A stretch of 64,000 bases of DNA from Pseudomonadota bacterium (lineage in GTDB: Bacteria > Pseudomonadota > Alphaproteobacteria > Rhizobiales > Pleomorphomonadaceae). Position 1 is the first letter of the stretch. Each line of letters begins with the position of its first letter. The notes under the pieces are model-generated. The model was given only the letters and a program-made list of their open reading frames with translations. It made no database searches and had not been told where the DNA came from. The stretch is from assembly GCA_018262575.1 (NCBI GenBank), contig JAGSYU010000006.1, forward strand, positions 7,528-71,527, given 5' to 3'. The position numbers and the translations under genes were made by a program. Positions 47,118-59,511 of the stretch are shown piece by piece.

Positions 47118-48557
47118 ATGACGGAGGATGAAAGCGCCTCGAGACCGACGATTGTCTGGTTCCGCGACGACCTGCGCCTTGCCGACCATCCGGCGCTCGA
47201 CGCGGCGAACGCCTCCGGCCGGCCGGTGCTCTGCCTGTTCGTGCTGGAAGAAGGGACGGGGCGGCGGCCGCTCGGCGGAGCTGCCGGCTGGTGGCTCGAC
47301 AAGAGCCTTGCCGCGCTCGACGCCGATCTTCGTCGGCTTGGCGGCCGGCTGGTGCTGCGGCGGGGCGATCCGCGCCGAATCCTTCCGGAGGTCGCGGCCA
47401 GCACCGACGCTGCTGCGCTGCACTTCAACCGTCGCTACGACCGCGCAGGAAGCGATATCGATGAGGCCGTAATGGCGGAGATGACCCGGCAAGGCGTCGC
47501 CGTTTCAAGCCATGCGGCCTGGCTGTTGTTCGAGCCCGGCGCCATCCGTACGAAGACGGGTACGCCTTTCCGCGTCTTCACGCCCTTCTGGAAGGCGCAC
47601 CGGCCGCATCTCGCTCCACGCCCCGCGTTGCGCCGCCGTCCCGACTCGATGTCCTTCTTCGAAGGGCCAGCCGCCTGCGATCCGCTCGTCTCTTTTGGCC
47701 TGCATCCGACGCGGCCCGATTGGTCCGGCGGGCTGGCCGAGAGGTGGACGCCGGGCGAAGCTGGCGCCAGAGCCCGGCTGCTCGCCTTCCTCGACGGCGA
47801 CCTTTCCCGTTATGCCGCCGAACGCGACGTTCCGGCAGCAGGCGCCTCGTCCTGCCTGTCGCCGCATCTCCGTTTCGGCGAAGTTGCAGTGGCGCGCGTT
47901 GCCCAGGAGGTGATGAAGGTCGCGGCCGGCGGCGAGCTCCCGGCCGATGCAAGCGAGAAGTTCCTCGCCGAGATCGGCTGGCGCGAGTTCGCCTGGCATC
48001 TGTTCTCCAGCTTCCCCGATCTCGCGACACACAACTTCCAGTCCGGCTTCGACCACTTTCTCTGGCGGGAGGACACCGCTGCCTTTCAAACCTGGACGGC
48101 CGGTCGCACCGGCTACCCCATCGTCGATGCCGGCCTGCGCGAACTCTGGCAAACCGGCTTCATGCACAACCGCGTCCGCATGATCGTCGCCTCTTTCCTG
48201 GTCAAGCACCTGCTGATCGATTGGCGGCAGGGCGAACAATGGTTCTGGGATACGCTGGTTGACGCCGACGCCGCTTCCAACCCGTTCGGATGGCAGTGGG
48301 TGGCTGGCACCGGCGCCGATGCTGCGCCCTATTTCCGCGTCTTCAATCCCATGGCGCAGGGTGCGAAGTTCGATCCTGACGGCGCCTACGTCCGCCGCTT
48401 CGTGCCGGAGATCGCCGGTCTGCCAGACAAATTCCTGCATCGGCCGTGGGAGGTGCCGCCGCTGCTGCGGCTATCTGCCGCCGCGTACCCCCTGCCGATC
48501 GTCGAACATGAGGAGGGGCGCAAGCGCGCCCTCGCCGCCTTCGCGGCACGTCGATAA
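47118..48557 (+). CDS. phrB: Deoxyribodipyrimidine photolyase
   Basis: WFRDDLRLADHPAL, SPHLRFGE, GRTGYPIVDAG, GFMHNRVRM, WQW, RVFNP. Confidence 0.93.
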   Translation: MTEDESASRPTIVWFRDDLRLADHPALDAANASGRPVLCLFVLEEGTGRRPLGGAAGWWLDKSLAALDADLRRLGGRLVLRRGDPRRILPEVAASTDAAALHFNRRYDRAGSDIDEAVMAEMTRQGVAVSSHAAWLLFEPGAIRTKTGTPFRVFTPFWKAHRPHLAPRPALRRRPDSMSFFEGPAACDPLVSFGLHPTRPDWSGGLAERWTPGEAGARARLLAFLDGDLSRYAAERDVPAAGASSCLSPHLRFGEVAVARVAQEVMKVAAGGELPADASEKFLAEIGWREFAWHLFSSFPDLATHNFQSGFDHFLWREDTAAFQTWTAGRTGYPIVDAGLRELWQTGFMHNRVRMIVASFLVKHLLIDWRQGEQWFWDTLVDADAASNPFGWQWVAGTGADAAPYFRVFNPMAQGAKFDPDGAYVRRFVPEIAGLPDKFLHRPWEVPPLLRLSAAAYPLPIVEHEEGRKRALAAFAARR

Positions 48558-48633
48558 ACCATCGGGGGATCGGTTGCATTTCGTAAGGCGGAGCGGGCGA
48601 CAAAGCGCTTGGCCTGGGATATAGACGGTGCTC

Positions 48634-49782
48634 ATGTCGATGATCACCAGCACCTCCGCGCTCGCTGATGCCTGCGCCCATCTCGCCCGTTTCGACTTTG
48701 TCACCGTCGATACCGAATTCATGAGGGAAAGCACCTTCTGGCCGAAGCTGTGCGTCGTGCAGCTCGCCAGTCCCGAACAGGTGTTCGTGGTCGACGCGCT
48801 GGCGCCCGGCCTCGATCTTGCGCCTTTCTTCGAGTTGATGCGCAATCCCAAGGTCTTGAAGGTGTTCCACGCTGCCCGGCAGGACATCGAGATCGTCTGG
48901 CACCTCGGTGGTTTCCTGCCGACACCGCTGTTTGACACGCAGGTGGCGGCGATGGTCTGCGGCTTTGGCGATTCCATCTCCTACGACCAGCTGGTGGCCC
49001 GGATCACCGGCGTCGTGCTCGACAAGTCGAACCGCTTCACCGATTGGTCGCGCCGGCCACTGACCCCGAGCCAGGTCGACTACGCCGAGGCCGACGTCAC
49101 CCATCTGCGCGATGTCTACCGCCATCTCGAGGACAGCCTCGCCAAGGCCGGCCGCGCCGACTGGGTGGACGAGGAAATGAAGGTGCTCACGTCTGAGACC
49201 ACCTATCATACCGAGCCCGACGAGGCGTGGCAGCGGCTCAAGATGCGCGTCAAGAAGCCGCGTGAGCTGATCATCCTGAAGGAGGTCGCCGCCTGGCGCG
49301 AACGCGAAGCCCAGTCCCGCGATGTGCCGCGTTCGCGGGTCATCAAGGACGACTGCATTTACGAGGTCGCCACGCAGGCGCCGACAACTGTCGAAGCGCT
49401 CGGCCAGTTGCGCACCATCCCCAAGGGGTGGGAACGCTCCCGCTCAGGCGAGGAAATCCTCGCTGCCGTGCAACGCGCCCTCGACGCGCCCAAAGAAGAC
49501 TGGCCGAAGCTGCCGCGCCATCGCCAGCTTCCCGAGGGCACCGGTGCTGCGGTCGACCTGATGAAGGTCCTCCTCAAGCTGGTGTCCGAGGCCGAGGGCG
49601 TTGCCGCCAAGGTGATTGCCACCACCGACGACCTTGAGGACATCGCCGTCTCCGACGAGGCCGATGTGCCGGCCATGCACGGCTGGCGGCGGGAGATGTT
49701 CGGCGAGTTGGCCCTCAAGCTGAAGCGCGGCCGGCTGGCCATCACCTTCGACGGCAAGAAGATCATCGCCATCGAGCAGTGA
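48634..49782 (+). CDS. rnd: Ribonuclease D
   Basis: [30 protein letters not shown]-like C-terminus. Confidence 0.95.
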   Translation: MSMITSTSALADACAHLARFDFVTVDTEFMRESTFWPKLCVVQLASPEQVFVVDALAPGLDLAPFFELMRNPKVLKVFHAARQDIEIVWHLGGFLPTPLFDTQVAAMVCGFGDSISYDQLVARITGVVLDKSNRFTDWSRRPLTPSQVDYAEADVTHLRDVYRHLEDSLAKAGRADWVDEEMKVLTSETTYHTEPDEAWQRLKMRVKKPRELIILKEVAAWREREAQSRDVPRSRVIKDDCIYEVATQAPTTVEALGQLRTIPKGWERSRSGEEILAAVQRALDAPKEDWPKLPRHRQLPEGTGAAVDLMKVLLKLVSEAEGVAAKVIATTDDLEDIAVSDEADVPAMHGWRREMFGELALKLKRGRLAITFDGKKIIAIEQ

Positions 49783-49845
49783 CGCTTCGCCGCTTGCAGA
49801 TCGCCCCAGGCAGACGGGACGCAGCCTGGGGATTCTTCTCCTGGG

Positions 49846-49879
49846 GCATTTCCGGTGAAAACGGGTTCACCGGAAATGC
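49846..49879. terminator. Hairpin between convergent rnd and ppx
   Basis: GCATTTCCGGTGAA/TTCACCGGAAATGC 14-bp perfect stem. Confidence 0.6.
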
Positions 49880-49886
49880 TTTGTCT

Positions 49887-51425
49887 CTACCCCTCGACGC
49901 GGATCACGCCATCCTTGAGGCCGCCGACTTTGGCGAGCTGGGTGAGACGTTTGACCAGACGGTCGCCTGACAGATCGCCGAGGTCGGCCGGAAGATGGAG
50001 CACCAGTTGGTCTCCCTCCATCGATAGCCGGGTGCGCGGCAACACGTCGGGCATCGAGGCACTGACGAGATAGGCGACGCGCATCACGGCGCCCAGCGTC
50101 CGCGCCCGTTCCTTGAGACGGGTCGATGCCAGCTCGCGGATGCGCGGGGACACGGCGTCATCGATGAGGCCGACGTGCCGGTAGAAGACGGCGAGCGCCA
50201 GATAGGCGCGCCCCGGATGATCGATACCGACGAAGGCGGCGTTGGAGAGGATGCCCAGACTCTGCTCGCCGCGATAGTCTGGATGGGCGCGCCAACCGAT
50301 GTCGGAGACCAGGCAGGCCGCCGCCCGCATGCGCTTTTCGTCCTCCGTCTCCTCGATGCCGAGCAGCGTGAAGGCGGCTGCCGACCAGGCGACCACTTCC
50401 TTGGCATGGCGCGGCGAACGCGAGCGCACCCAATTGAGTTCCGACGCCGCCTCGATCAGCGGGTCCTTGGCGCGCTCGTCGGCGGAAAGGCGCTCGTAGA
50501 GATAGCCTTCGCGCACACCGAGGGCGGAAATCACCACGTGCGACGGGCGGATCGCCCGGATCACCTGCTCCAGCACCAGGGCGCCGTATGGCAGCAACCC
50601 CCGGCGGGAGCGCGACACCACCTCGATCTGGTCGATGCTGTCGGGATCGCGACGGGCAACCACCCGGGCGAATTCCAGCGCTTCCTCGGCCCGGATCGAG
50701 TAGTTGTGCATCACGTGCAGCGGATAGCCGGTCTCGTACATGTGGAGAAGGGCGAGCGAGCGCCAGGTGCCGCCGACCGCGAAAAAGGGCAGCCCGGCGC
50801 AGGGCATCTGCACGATGGCCGGTTCCAGCGCGTCGGCAACGATCTTCTCGGCCTTGCGGATGGAGCCCTCGGAAGCCTCCCACAGACGGATGCCGCCAAG
50901 CGGATAGGTGCGACCGGTCCCGACGGCGCCATTCTCGACGCGGATGAGTTCCAGGCTGCCACCACCGAGATCGCCGACGATGCCTTCCGACCTGTTCATG
51001 CCGGACATCACACCCAATGCCGACAGCCGCGCTTCATCGGCGCCCGACAGCAGGTTGACCTTGACGCCGCATATCCGCTCGACAGCTTCCAGGAATTCCG
51101 GGCCATTCGCCGCGTCGCGGGCGGCGGCAGTGGCAAGAATATAGAGCTCCACCGAACCACTCTGCTCGGCCAGGAGCTTGAATCGACGAATGGCGCCGAG
51201 CGCTTGATCCACCGAGTCCTGGTTCATTCGACCGGTCGCGGCGAGGCCCTTGCCGAGACCTGCCAGCATCTTTTCGTTGAACAGCATGGTCGGCGCCCGC
51301 GACAGGCGCTCATAAACGACGAGGCGGACGGAGTTGGAGCCAATGTCGATGACCGATACCGGGCCATGGCCGGGCAGTCGCCCGGGGGCCTCGCATCGAC
51401 AGGTGCTCTTAGTTCCGTCCGGCAA
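49887..51425 (-). CDS. ppx: Exopolyphosphatase Ppx/GppA
   Basis: [32 protein letters not shown]; start TTG 51425 or GTG 51461, overlapping ppk. Confidence 0.93.
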   Translation of the reverse strand: MPDGTKSTCRCEAPGRLPGHGPVSVIDIGSNSVRLVVYERLSRAPTMLFNEKMLAGLGKGLAATGRMNQDSVDQALGAIRRFKLLAEQSGSVELYILATAAARDAANGPEFLEAVERICGVKVNLLSGADEARLSALGVMSGMNRSEGIVGDLGGGSLELIRVENGAVGTGRTYPLGGIRLWEASEGSIRKAEKIVADALEPAIVQMPCAGLPFFAVGGTWRSLALLHMYETGYPLHVMHNYSIRAEEALEFARVVARRDPDSIDQIEVVSRSRRGLLPYGALVLEQVIRAIRPSHVVISALGVREGYLYERLSADERAKDPLIEAASELNWVRSRSPRHAKEVVAWSAAAFTLLGIEETEDEKRMRAAACLVSDIGWRAHPDYRGEQSLGILSNAAFVGIDHPGRAYLALAVFYRHVGLIDDAVSPRIRELASTRLKERARTLGAVMRVAYLVSASMPDVLPRTRLSMEGDQLVLHLPADLGDLSGDRLVKRLTQLAKVGGLKDGVIRVEG

Positions 51426-53598
51426 TAGATTTGGGTGCGTCTGTTTCAAGCGAGTGTCCACGTCCCGATAGAGATGGATGGGTCATGAAGTAGCGATGGG
51501 CGTTGAAAGGTTCCTCGCCCGGCTCCGGCACGATGCGTTCGTGGCTTCCGTCGGACAGCAGGCGCCAGCTCTGCTGGTTGTCGCGGAGATTGGCCACCAT
51601 GATCTGGTCGACGGCTTGGGCGTGCACGCTCTCCGTGGTCAGCGGCACCAGCACCTCGACGCGGCGGTCGAGGTTGCGCGGCATCAGGTCGGCAGAGCCG
51701 ATGTAGACCGTGGCGCGCGGGTTGGGCAACGGTTGTCCGTTGCCGAAGCAGAAAATGCGGCTGTGTTCGAGGAAACGACCGACGATCGACTTGACGCGGA
51801 TGTTGTCCGAAAAGCCGGGGATCTGCGGCCTGAGACAGCAGATGCCGCGCACCACGAGGTCGATCGATACACCGGCCTGGCTCGCCTCGTAGAGCGCGTC
51901 AATGATGTCGGCATCGACCAGCGAGTTCATCTTCATCCAGATCTGGCTCGGTCGACCGGCCCTGGCGTGTTCGATCTCCTGGCCGATGCAGTCGATAATC
52001 GTCCGTCTCAGCGTCAGCGGGCTCATGGCCAGCGCGTTGAGCGACTGCGGCTCGGCGTAGCCGGTGATGAAGTTGAAGATGCGCGCCACGTCCTGGGCGA
52101 TGGTCTTGTTGGCCGTGAAATAGCTGAGGTCGGTGTAGATCCTGGCGGTAATCGGGTGATAGTTGCCGGTGCCGAGGTGGCAATAAGAGGTAAGCTGCTG
52201 CCCCTCGCGGCGCACCACCAGCGACATCTTGGCGTGGGTCTTCAGCTCGAAGAAGCCGAACACCACCTGTACGCCGGCCCGCTCGAGGTCGCGTGCCCAA
52301 CGGATATTGGCTTCCTCGTCGAAGCGGGCCTTGAGCTCGACCAAGGCCGTCACCGACTTGCCGGCGTCGGCGGCTTCGATCAGCGCGCGGACGATCGGGC
52401 TGTCGTTGGACGTGCGGTAGAGCGTCTGCTTGATGGCGACCACCTCGGGATCGGCCGCCGCCTGGCGCAGGAACTGCACCACCACGTCGAAGGATTCGTA
52501 GGGGTGGTGGACGATCAGGTCCTTCTGGCGAATGGCGGCGAAGGCGTCTCCGGCGTGCTCGCGGATGCGTTCGGGGTAACGCGGCGCGTAGGGCTCGAAC
52601 TTGAGATCAGGCCGTTCGACGCCGACCAATTGGCTGAGATCATTGAGGGCGAGCATCTCGTCGAGGAGTTGCACCTCGTCGGGCACGCAGCCGACCGCTT
52701 CGGTGACCAGCTGGCGCAACGCCAGCGGTGTCGAACGCTCGAACTCGGCCCGGATGACAAGACCCTTGCGGCGGCGCTTCAGCGCGCTCTCGAACAGGCG
52801 GACCAGATCCTCGGCCTCTTCTTCCACTTCGAGGTCGCTGTCGCGCAGAATGCGGAAGCTGCCCTGCCCGCGCACCGTGTAGCCGGGGAACAGGCGACCA
52901 ATGAACATGGTCACCACCTGCTCCAGCAGGATGAAGCGCGTCACCCCCGGAGAAGCGCCGTCGTCGGGCAGGCGGACGAAGCGGTCGATCTTGGCCGCCA
53001 TGCGGATGAGGGCCACCATGCTCTCGTTGCCGCGAATCCTGACGAGGTCGAGGACGATCGAGAAACCGAGATTGGGAATGAAGGGGAAAGGATGGGCCGG
53101 GTCGACGGCAAGCGGCGTCAGCACCGGAAAGACCGATGCCAGGAAGTAGTCCTCGAGCCAGACCTCGTCGCCTCCCTTGAGTTTATTGGGATCGACGAGG
53201 ACGACGCCGGCCTTCTCGATCTCGCTGCGCAGGTCGCGCCAGCGGGCTTGCTGGGCATCGGCCAACCGGGCGGCCGCCTCGGAAATCACCGCCATCTGCT
53301 CGGACGGCGTCAGTCCGTCATCGGAGCGGGTGGTGACGCGCTCGCGCACCTGCCCCTTGATGCCGGCAAAGCGCACCATGAAGAATTCATCGAGATTACT
53401 GGCGGAGATCGACAGAAAACGCAGTCGCTCCAGCAGCGGATGACTGGCGTTCTCCGACTCCTCAAGTACGCGGCGATTGAATCCCAGCCAGGAGATCTCG
53501 CGGTTCACGAACCGCTCGGGCGATTCCATGGTCAGCGCTGGAGCGGATACGGCTTCCGCCTCAATCGTCTCGCTCACAGCAGCATCCGTCTCGCTCAT
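51409..53598 (-). CDS. ppk1: Polyphosphate kinase 1
   Basis: [39 protein letters not shown]. Confidence 0.96.
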   Translation of the reverse strand: MSETDAAVSETIEAEAVSAPALTMESPERFVNREISWLGFNRRVLEESENASHPLLERLRFLSISASNLDEFFMVRFAGIKGQVRERVTTRSDDGLTPSEQMAVISEAAARLADAQQARWRDLRSEIEKAGVVLVDPNKLKGGDEVWLEDYFLASVFPVLTPLAVDPAHPFPFIPNLGFSIVLDLVRIRGNESMVALIRMAAKIDRFVRLPDDGASPGVTRFILLEQVVTMFIGRLFPGYTVRGQGSFRILRDSDLEVEEEAEDLVRLFESALKRRRKGLVIRAEFERSTPLALRQLVTEAVGCVPDEVQLLDEMLALNDLSQLVGVERPDLKFEPYAPRYPERIREHAGDAFAAIRQKDLIVHHPYESFDVVVQFLRQAAADPEVVAIKQTLYRTSNDSPIVRALIEAADAGKSVTALVELKARFDEEANIRWARDLERAGVQVVFGFFELKTHAKMSLVVRREGQQLTSYCHLGTGNYHPITARIYTDLSYFTANKTIAQDVARIFNFITGYAEPQSLNALAMSPLTLRRTIIDCIGQEIEHARAGRPSQIWMKMNSLVDADIIDALYEASQAGVSIDLVVRGICCLRPQIPGFSDNIRVKSIVGRFLEHSRIFCFGNGQPLPNPRATVYIGSADLMPRNLDRRVEVLVPLTTESVHAQAVDQIMVANLRDNQQSWRLLSDGSHERIVPEPGEEPFNAHRYFMTHPSLSGRGHSLETDAPKSIAGRN

Positions 53599-53697
53599 CT
53601 CCACGACCTCGCGCATGCGGGGCAGGCACCCGGCTCCAGGCTGGACCGACCGCCAACCATCACTCTAGCCTACGGGTCAGATCCATGCACCAGCTAT

Positions 53698-53715
53698 GTG
53701 ACAGTTTGTCTACGG
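53698..53715 (-). promoter_or_regulatory. Possible Pho box upstream of ppk
   Basis: Minus strand CCGTAGA-CAAA-CTGTCAC: one good and one degenerate half-site. Confidence 0.3.
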
Positions 53716-53760
53716 CCTCCGGTCCCGGCCAAAATCATGTGCCGGCAACGCATCCCGAGG

Positions 53761-54444
53761 TCATGTTTCGCTGTCGGGAGCTAGCACTTCGGCGGCAACC
53801 GCCCGGGTGATGCGGCGACCGCGAGCCAGCGATTCCCGGTCGAGCGCGTCAACCAGCGCGCAGGCGGCGGCACACGACCGCTCCATACGCAGCAGAATAT
53901 AGTCGAGCACACCGGCGTCGACGGTGAGCTGGCGATCGGCGAGAAGCTTCACCATCACCTTTTCGAGCAGTTCGTCGTCGGGCGGCCCGAGGAAGGCCGG
54001 CTGAGCGGCGCGAAGACGTGACAGCAGGTCCGGAAGCGTCACGCCCCAGGCCGACGGCACAGCATGGGCGGTGATCAGCACCGAGGCGCCGCGGCCACGC
54101 GCCGCGTTGAGCAGGTGAAACAGTGCCTTCTCGTCGAGGGTGGGATCGTCGGCATCCTCGACCGCAACGGCACCGGTACCGACGAGCGCCGTCGGGTCGG
54201 CGGCCAAAAGGTCGGCCGCGGCGACGACGGAGGCACGGCTCTTGGTCGCCCAGATGTTGACGAGATGCGTCTTGCCCGAACCGTTCGGGCCGATCAACAG
54301 CACTACCGACGCCGGCCAGTCGGGCCAGGCGTCGATGAAGGCTGCCGCCTCGCGATTGCCTTCGCCGACCAGAAAATCCTCGCGGCTCATGGCCGCGTGA
54401 TGCGGCATGGCGAGCGGCAGTTGGCGCGGTTTCATGCGGCTCAT
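53761..54444 (-). CDS. hdaA: DnaA regulatory inactivator HdaA
   Basis: QLPL clamp-binding motif, GPNGSGKTHL, LFHLLN, LPDLLSRL. Confidence 0.9.
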   Translation of the reverse strand: MSRMKPRQLPLAMPHHAAMSREDFLVGEGNREAAAFIDAWPDWPASVVLLIGPNGSGKTHLVNIWATKSRASVVAAADLLAADPTALVGTGAVAVEDADDPTLDEKALFHLLNAARGRGASVLITAHAVPSAWGVTLPDLLSRLRAAQPAFLGPPDDELLEKVMVKLLADRQLTVDAGVLDYILLRMERSCAAACALVDALDRESLARGRRITRAVAAEVLAPDSET

Positions 54445-55562
54445 GGAGCAGCGTCCTCGGGTGGAATATTGGCGTCGCCGATCGCTGGATGAACGGCCTT
54501 GGCCGAATCAAGGCTGTAGAAGGAGCTTGCCCGGTACTGGGTGAAGACGAAGCGGACCAGCACGGCGACCGACGCGGCGGCCGGCACGGCGACCAGAAGG
54601 CCGACGAAGCCGAACAGCGAGCCGAAGGCAAACAGAGCGAACATCAGCCAGACCGGATGCAGACCGACCGATGAGCCAATCAGCTTGGGCTGAAGGACAT
54701 TGCCCTCGATGAACTGACCGACGGCAAAGATGCCGGCGATGACGGAGATCCACGTCCAGTCCGGCCAGAACTGATAGAGTGCCACGCCAATGGCAAGGCC
54801 GCCGCCGACGATCGACCCCAGATAGGGAATGAAGCTGATGAGGCCGGCAACGAGGCCGATCAGCAAGCCGAAGGACAGGCCGGCGAGTGACAGCGATACG
54901 GCATAGAACAGGCCGAGCAACGCCGATACCGACACCTGCCCACGCACGAAATTGGCGACGCAGTCATTCATGTCCTGCGCCAGCTCCCGGATGGTCGTGC
55001 GGTGGTGGCGTGGCAAATTGTCGTCGATCGTCGCCACCATGCGGTCCCAGTCGAGCAGCATGTAGAAGGCGACCACCGGCGTCACCACCAACAGCGAAAT
55101 GGCCGAGATCAGCGTCTGACCGCCGTTCCAGACCGACGACAGGAGCGCCGCCACGATCGAGGAGCCGTTGGAGAACAGCGCGCCGAGTGAACCGCGGATG
55201 TCGGTCGCCGAGATGCGCAGCGCCCGGAACAGGCGCGTGCCCGCCTCCTGGCTTAGCCAGCGTTGAGCGGCATCGAGGTAGGCCGGCATGTTGGCGACCA
55301 GCCCCTGGAGCTGGCTGCCCAGCACCGGCACGATGATCATCAGCGCCAACAGCGCCAGCAGAACAAACAGCACGAGGATCAGCGCGGTGGCGATCACCCG
55401 CGACAGACCGAGCCGCTCGAGGCGGTCAGCCACCGGATCGAGCAGGTAGGCGAGCGCCATGCCGGCGACGAAGGGCAGCAGGATCGAGGAGAAGACGTAA
55501 AGCAGCAGACCGAAGGCCAGCGCCGCGCCAGTCCAGAAGAGAATCGTGTTCCTAAACGTCAC
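54441..55562 (-). CDS. AI-2E family transporter (PerM-like)
   Basis: LAYLLDP, FIPYLG, EGNVLQPKLIG..VGLHP. Confidence 0.92.
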   Translation of the reverse strand: MTFRNTILFWTGAALAFGLLLYVFSSILLPFVAGMALAYLLDPVADRLERLGLSRVIATALILVLFVLLALLALMIIVPVLGSQLQGLVANMPAYLDAAQRWLSQEAGTRLFRALRISATDIRGSLGALFSNGSSIVAALLSSVWNGGQTLISAISLLVVTPVVAFYMLLDWDRMVATIDDNLPRHHRTTIRELAQDMNDCVANFVRGQVSVSALLGLFYAVSLSLAGLSFGLLIGLVAGLISFIPYLGSIVGGGLAIGVALYQFWPDWTWISVIAGIFAVGQFIEGNVLQPKLIGSSVGLHPVWLMFALFAFGSLFGFVGLLVAVPAAASVAVLVRFVFTQYRASSFYSLDSAKAVHPAIGDANIPPEDAAP

Positions 55563-55571
55563 GCGCCACCC

Positions 55572-56111
55572 TCACCCTTGCATGAACGCAAGCCAACCTC
55601 TGACGTAGGCGGCGGCGGAGACCAGGGTCAAGGCCGCGACCAACCAGCCCATGATATCCACAACCGGGCCGAACTGCCATGCCAGCCCGAGATCGCCGAG
55701 CAACAAGGCGGCGTAGAGGATCTGCGCCACCGTGTTGGCCTTGGAGATCAACAGCGGCACGATCGGTACCGGCTTTGCGGCCAACCAGGACAGGATGACA
55801 CCGCCGACGATCAGCACGTCACGGCTGACCACCAAGACGGCGAGCCACATCGGCGCGTGGCCGGTGGCCGCCAGCACCACAAAGAGGGACACCAGCAGCG
55901 CCTTGTCGGCCACCGGATCGAGCAGGCGGCCGAGTTCGCTCGCCTGTCCCGGCACGTGACGGGCGATCGCGCCATCGACGCCGTCGGAGATGCCGGCGGT
56001 GACGAAGACGGCGAAAGCCCAGCCAAAGGCGCCGTCGAGCAGCAACAAGACCACCACGGGAACGGCGATCAGACGGGCCAGCGTGATGAGGTTGGGTATT
56101 GTCAAAGGCAT
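55572..56111 (-). CDS. CDP-alcohol phosphatidyltransferase
   Basis: [16 protein letters not shown]...G..LDPVADK. Confidence 0.92.
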   Translation of the reverse strand: MPLTIPNLITLARLIAVPVVVLLLLDGAFGWAFAVFVTAGISDGVDGAIARHVPGQASELGRLLDPVADKALLVSLFVVLAATGHAPMWLAVLVVSRDVLIVGGVILSWLAAKPVPIVPLLISKANTVAQILYAALLLGDLGLAWQFGPVVDIMGWLVAALTLVSAAAYVRGWLAFMQG

Positions 56112-56290
56112 CCCCGATGGCAGGTTGTCCCGGTCATTTGAGCATCGCCGCCGAGCTTTCCAAGACCGACCTCCGGCCATGCCAGCGGTTTTCCCGGCAC
56201 AAGAGGCCGGAAAAGCGCAGTTTGGACTTGTCATTTCCCGCCGTTTCGGCTTCTTGCCGGATATCGATTGCAGCGGAGGCGCGAGGCTCC

Positions 56291-57355
56291 ATGACCACAA
56301 AGAACGGGCTCACCTATCGCGACGCGGGTGTCGACATCGACGCCGGAAATGCTCTCGTCGACCGCATCAAACCACTGGTCAAGGCGACGCGGCGAATCGG
56401 CGCCGACGCCGACATCGGCGGCTTCGGCGGCCTGTTCGACCTCGCCGCCTGCAAGTTCCGCGACCCTGTGCTGGTGGCCGCCAACGACGGCGTCGGCACC
56501 AAGCTCGCCGTCGCCATCGAGGCGGGCATCCACGGCTTCGTCGGCATCGACCTCGTGGCAATGAGCGTCAATGACCTCGTCGTGCAAGGCGCCGAGCCAT
56601 TGTTCTTCCTTGACTATTTCGCCACCGGTCGCCTGTCCGTCGACACCGCGACCGAGGTGGTGGCCGGCATCGCCGAAGGCTGCAAGATGGCCGGCTGCGC
56701 GCTGATCGGCGGCGAGACGGCCGAGATGCCCGGCATGTACAAGGACGGCGATTATGACCTCGCCGGTTTTGCCGTCGGCGCCGTCGAGCGCGATGCGGTC
56801 CTGCCCCGCGACACTGTCCAGGCTGGCGACGTCATCCTCGGCATCGCCTCCTCGGGCGTCCATTCCAACGGCTTTTCGCTGGTCCGCAAGATCGTCGAAC
56901 GCTCGGGGCTTTCCTATGCCGACCCCTCGCCCTTCTCGGAGGGCGAAACGCTCGGCGCGGCGCTGACCGTGCCGACCCGCATCTACGTAAAGCCAATCCT
57001 CGCCGCCCAGACGGAGACGGGCGCCATCAAGGCGCTCGCCCACATCACCGGCGGCGGCTTCGTCGACAACATTCCACGCGTGCTGCCGGCCGGACTGTCG
57101 GCGCGGATCGACCTTTCGGCCGTCAACGTGCCGAAGGTGTTCGGCTGGCTGGTCGAAATCGGCGGGCTCGACCAGGAGGAACTGGTGCGCACCTTCAACT
57201 GCGGTATCGGCATGGTCGCCGTGGTGGCGCCGGAGGATGCCGACCGTGTCGCCGCCGCGCTCTCGGAAGCCGGCGAGCGCGTCGTGCGTTTCGGCGAGAT
57301 GGTCGCCGATCCGGACGGGCCGCGCACGCTGTTCGATGGGGAACTGGCGCTTTGA
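56291..57355 (+). CDS. purM: Phosphoribosylformylglycinamidine cyclo-ligase (AIR synthase)
   Basis: [32 protein letters not shown]. Confidence 0.97.
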   Translation: MTTKNGLTYRDAGVDIDAGNALVDRIKPLVKATRRIGADADIGGFGGLFDLAACKFRDPVLVAANDGVGTKLAVAIEAGIHGFVGIDLVAMSVNDLVVQGAEPLFFLDYFATGRLSVDTATEVVAGIAEGCKMAGCALIGGETAEMPGMYKDGDYDLAGFAVGAVERDAVLPRDTVQAGDVILGIASSGVHSNGFSLVRKIVERSGLSYADPSPFSEGETLGAALTVPTRIYVKPILAAQTETGAIKALAHITGGGFVDNIPRVLPAGLSARIDLSAVNVPKVFGWLVEIGGLDQEELVRTFNCGIGMVAVVAPEDADRVAAALSEAGERVVRFGEMVADPDGPRTLFDGELAL

Positions 57356-57408
57356 ATGCCTGCTGGCGTTCCGGGCGACATTAGCGACCTCAAACGGGAC
57401 CGGGGAAG

Positions 57409-58059
57409 ATGGGCAAGCTCAAAGTCGGCATTCTGATTTCCGGTCGCGGCTCCAACATGGCGGCGCTGGTGGAAGCCGCGCAGGACCCCGCCTTCCCGGC
57501 CGAGGTGCGCTGCGTCCTCTCCAACCGGCCCGAGGCCGGCGGCCTCGATTTTGCCCGTGAACGGGGCATTCCGGCCGTGGCGGTCGACCACAAGGCCTAT
57601 GCCGCCAAGGCTGAGTTCGAGGCGGCCGTGACCAACACCCTCCTCGCCCACGGGGTCGATTTCGTCTGCCTTGCCGGCTTCATGCGCATTGTCTCTCCTG
57701 TCTTCATCGAGCGCTGGCACAACCGCCTGATCAACATCCACCCGTCCCTGCTGCCGTCCTACAAGGGGCTTCACACCCACGAGCGGGCCCTCGCCGACGG
57801 CGTCAAGCTGACCGGCTGCACGGTCCATTTTGTGCGCGCCGAAATGGACGTTGGTCCGATCGTCGCCCAGGCGGCCGTGCCGGTGATGACCAGCGACACG
57901 CCGGACAGCCTCGCCGCCCGCGTGCTGACGGCCGAACACCGCCTCTATCCCCTCGCCGTCCGGCTGATCGCCGAGGGAAAGGCACGGGTCACGAGCGAGA
58001 CGGTCGACATTGCACCAGACGCCGTTGACGAGACAGCACGGCTGTTTTCGGCGCGATAA
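57409..58059 (+). CDS. purN: Phosphoribosylglycinamide formyltransferase
   Basis: LISGRGSN, LAGFMRI, NIHPSLLP, GCTVH. Confidence 0.97.
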   Translation: MGKLKVGILISGRGSNMAALVEAAQDPAFPAEVRCVLSNRPEAGGLDFARERGIPAVAVDHKAYAAKAEFEAAVTNTLLAHGVDFVCLAGFMRIVSPVFIERWHNRLINIHPSLLPSYKGLHTHERALADGVKLTGCTVHFVRAEMDVGPIVAQAAVPVMTSDTPDSLAARVLTAEHRLYPLAVRLIAEGKARVTSETVDIAPDAVDETARLFSAR

Positions 58060-58065
58060 GCGCCC

Positions 58066-58842
58066 TCAGAACAGGCTGCCCTGGGCCGGCGGCTCGTCAT
58101 CCGGGGCTGAATCGGCTTTTTGTGGCGCCGATTCGGCGTCGGCGACGAGCGGCTCGGTAAGGGGCGCGATCAGCGCCTCGTCATCGCTCGCCACGCTATT
58201 CACCCGCTCGCTGACCGGAATCGCCTCCAGAAGATCGTCGGCCGCCGGCCGCAGCAGATGGGCGACGTCGCGCGGGCGACGATTGCCGCAGTCGAGCCAC
58301 TCGTCCCAGTCCTTGGCATCGAGGATAACCGGCATGCGGTCATGGAGCGCGGCCATCAGCCGATTGGCCGACGTGGTGAGGATGGTGCCGGTGTCGATCT
58401 CGCTGCCATCGGGACCGAGCCAGGTTTCCGTGAGACCGGCGAAGGCCATGGTCGAGCCGTCACGAGGGCGGATATAGTAGGGCATCTTGACCGCCCCCAT
58501 CCGCCGCCACTCATAGAAGCCTGAGGCGGGAACAAGGGAGCGGCGGTGACGCATTGCCGTCCGGAATGATGGCTTGTCGGCCGCCGTCTCCGAGCGGGCA
58601 TTGAACAGCAACGATTGGGTCTTGGCGTCTTTCGTCCAGCCAGGAATGAGCCCCCAGCGCACCAGGCGAACGTACCGGACGCCATCGAGGCCGGCATCGA
58701 CGGCGGTGATGGGCTGCGTCGGCGCGATGTTATAGCGCTGGCCGAAGTCGAGAAGACGCTCCGGATAGCGATCGTCGATGCGATACCCGAACATGTTCTG
58801 CATCGCCCTCAGCGACGGAATGAGCACAAATCGGCCGCACAT
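58066..58842 (-). CDS. SRAP/YedK (HMCES) abasic-site protecting protein
   Basis: MCGRF N-terminus, YNIAPTQ, NARSET, GFYEW, HDRMP. Confidence 0.93.
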   Translation of the reverse strand: MCGRFVLIPSLRAMQNMFGYRIDDRYPERLLDFGQRYNIAPTQPITAVDAGLDGVRYVRLVRWGLIPGWTKDAKTQSLLFNARSETAADKPSFRTAMRHRRSLVPASGFYEWRRMGAVKMPYYIRPRDGSTMAFAGLTETWLGPDGSEIDTGTILTTSANRLMAALHDRMPVILDAKDWDEWLDCGNRRPRDVAHLLRPAADDLLEAIPVSERVNSVASDDEALIAPLTEPLVADAESAPQKADSAPDDEPPAQGSLF

Positions 58843-58982
58843 GCATCGACTCCGAAACCAACGGGTTAGCCAGGACAGTGATATCCTTTTTCCCTGCGGG
58901 CAAACAAATGCCCGCGTAAGGTATTTGGCAACCTTGACCGCTGTATGTTTCCGAAAGTGAAATTCTCGGGGCGGGGGAAAAA

Positions 58983-59507
58983 TTGGGCGGTACGGCAGGC
59001 ACGGAAGAGCTCGTGAGACCGGAGACCGATTTTTCTCCGGACCGTCTTGCTGCTGCCAACATCCACCCAGATACGCGGCTCGCGACCGATTATCTCAACC
59101 ATTTCAATGAAGTGGTCATGCTGATCGACATGCTGCCGATGATGCCGGACTGCGCGCCGGACGTCGTCGACTGGCAGCCGTGCTCATATGTCGACCATTT
59201 TCGCCTGTCGCATTTCAAGGAACGCGACCTCGCCATTGCTGCCTACGAGGCCTCGGAGCCGGATCGGCGGCGGGCGTTCGAGGACACCGTCGCCCGGATC
59301 GACGCCGCCATGACCAGCCTGCAACGCATGATCATCGACGCGCCCATGGACGCGCTGCCGATCGAGGCGCTGTCCGATCTTTCGGAAATGCGCATCAAGC
59401 CGCTGCTTGCCCACGCCATGGGATTGATCAACGGCGCGCCGGTGGCGGCTGCGGTCACCGAGGACACCGGCGACGCCCAGTCGGCCGTCGACGCGCTGTT
59501 CGGCTAA
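58983..59507 (+). CDS. Conserved alphaproteobacterial hypothetical protein
   Basis: NIHP.T.LATDYLNHFNE motif; Q..VDALF end; start uncertain. Confidence 0.75.
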   Translation: MGGTAGTEELVRPETDFSPDRLAAANIHPDTRLATDYLNHFNEVVMLIDMLPMMPDCAPDVVDWQPCSYVDHFRLSHFKERDLAIAAYEASEPDRRRAFEDTVARIDAAMTSLQRMIIDAPMDALPIEALSDLSEMRIKPLLAHAMGLINGAPVAAAVTEDTGDAQSAVDALFG

Positions 59508-59511
59508 CGCC

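Noticed and set aside
51478-53784. 768-aa plus-strand ORF; similar long antisense ORFs at 33322-35883 and 24164-26161
   Set aside because: Shadows of ppk1, bgl/ABC and ejection genes caused by GC3 bias
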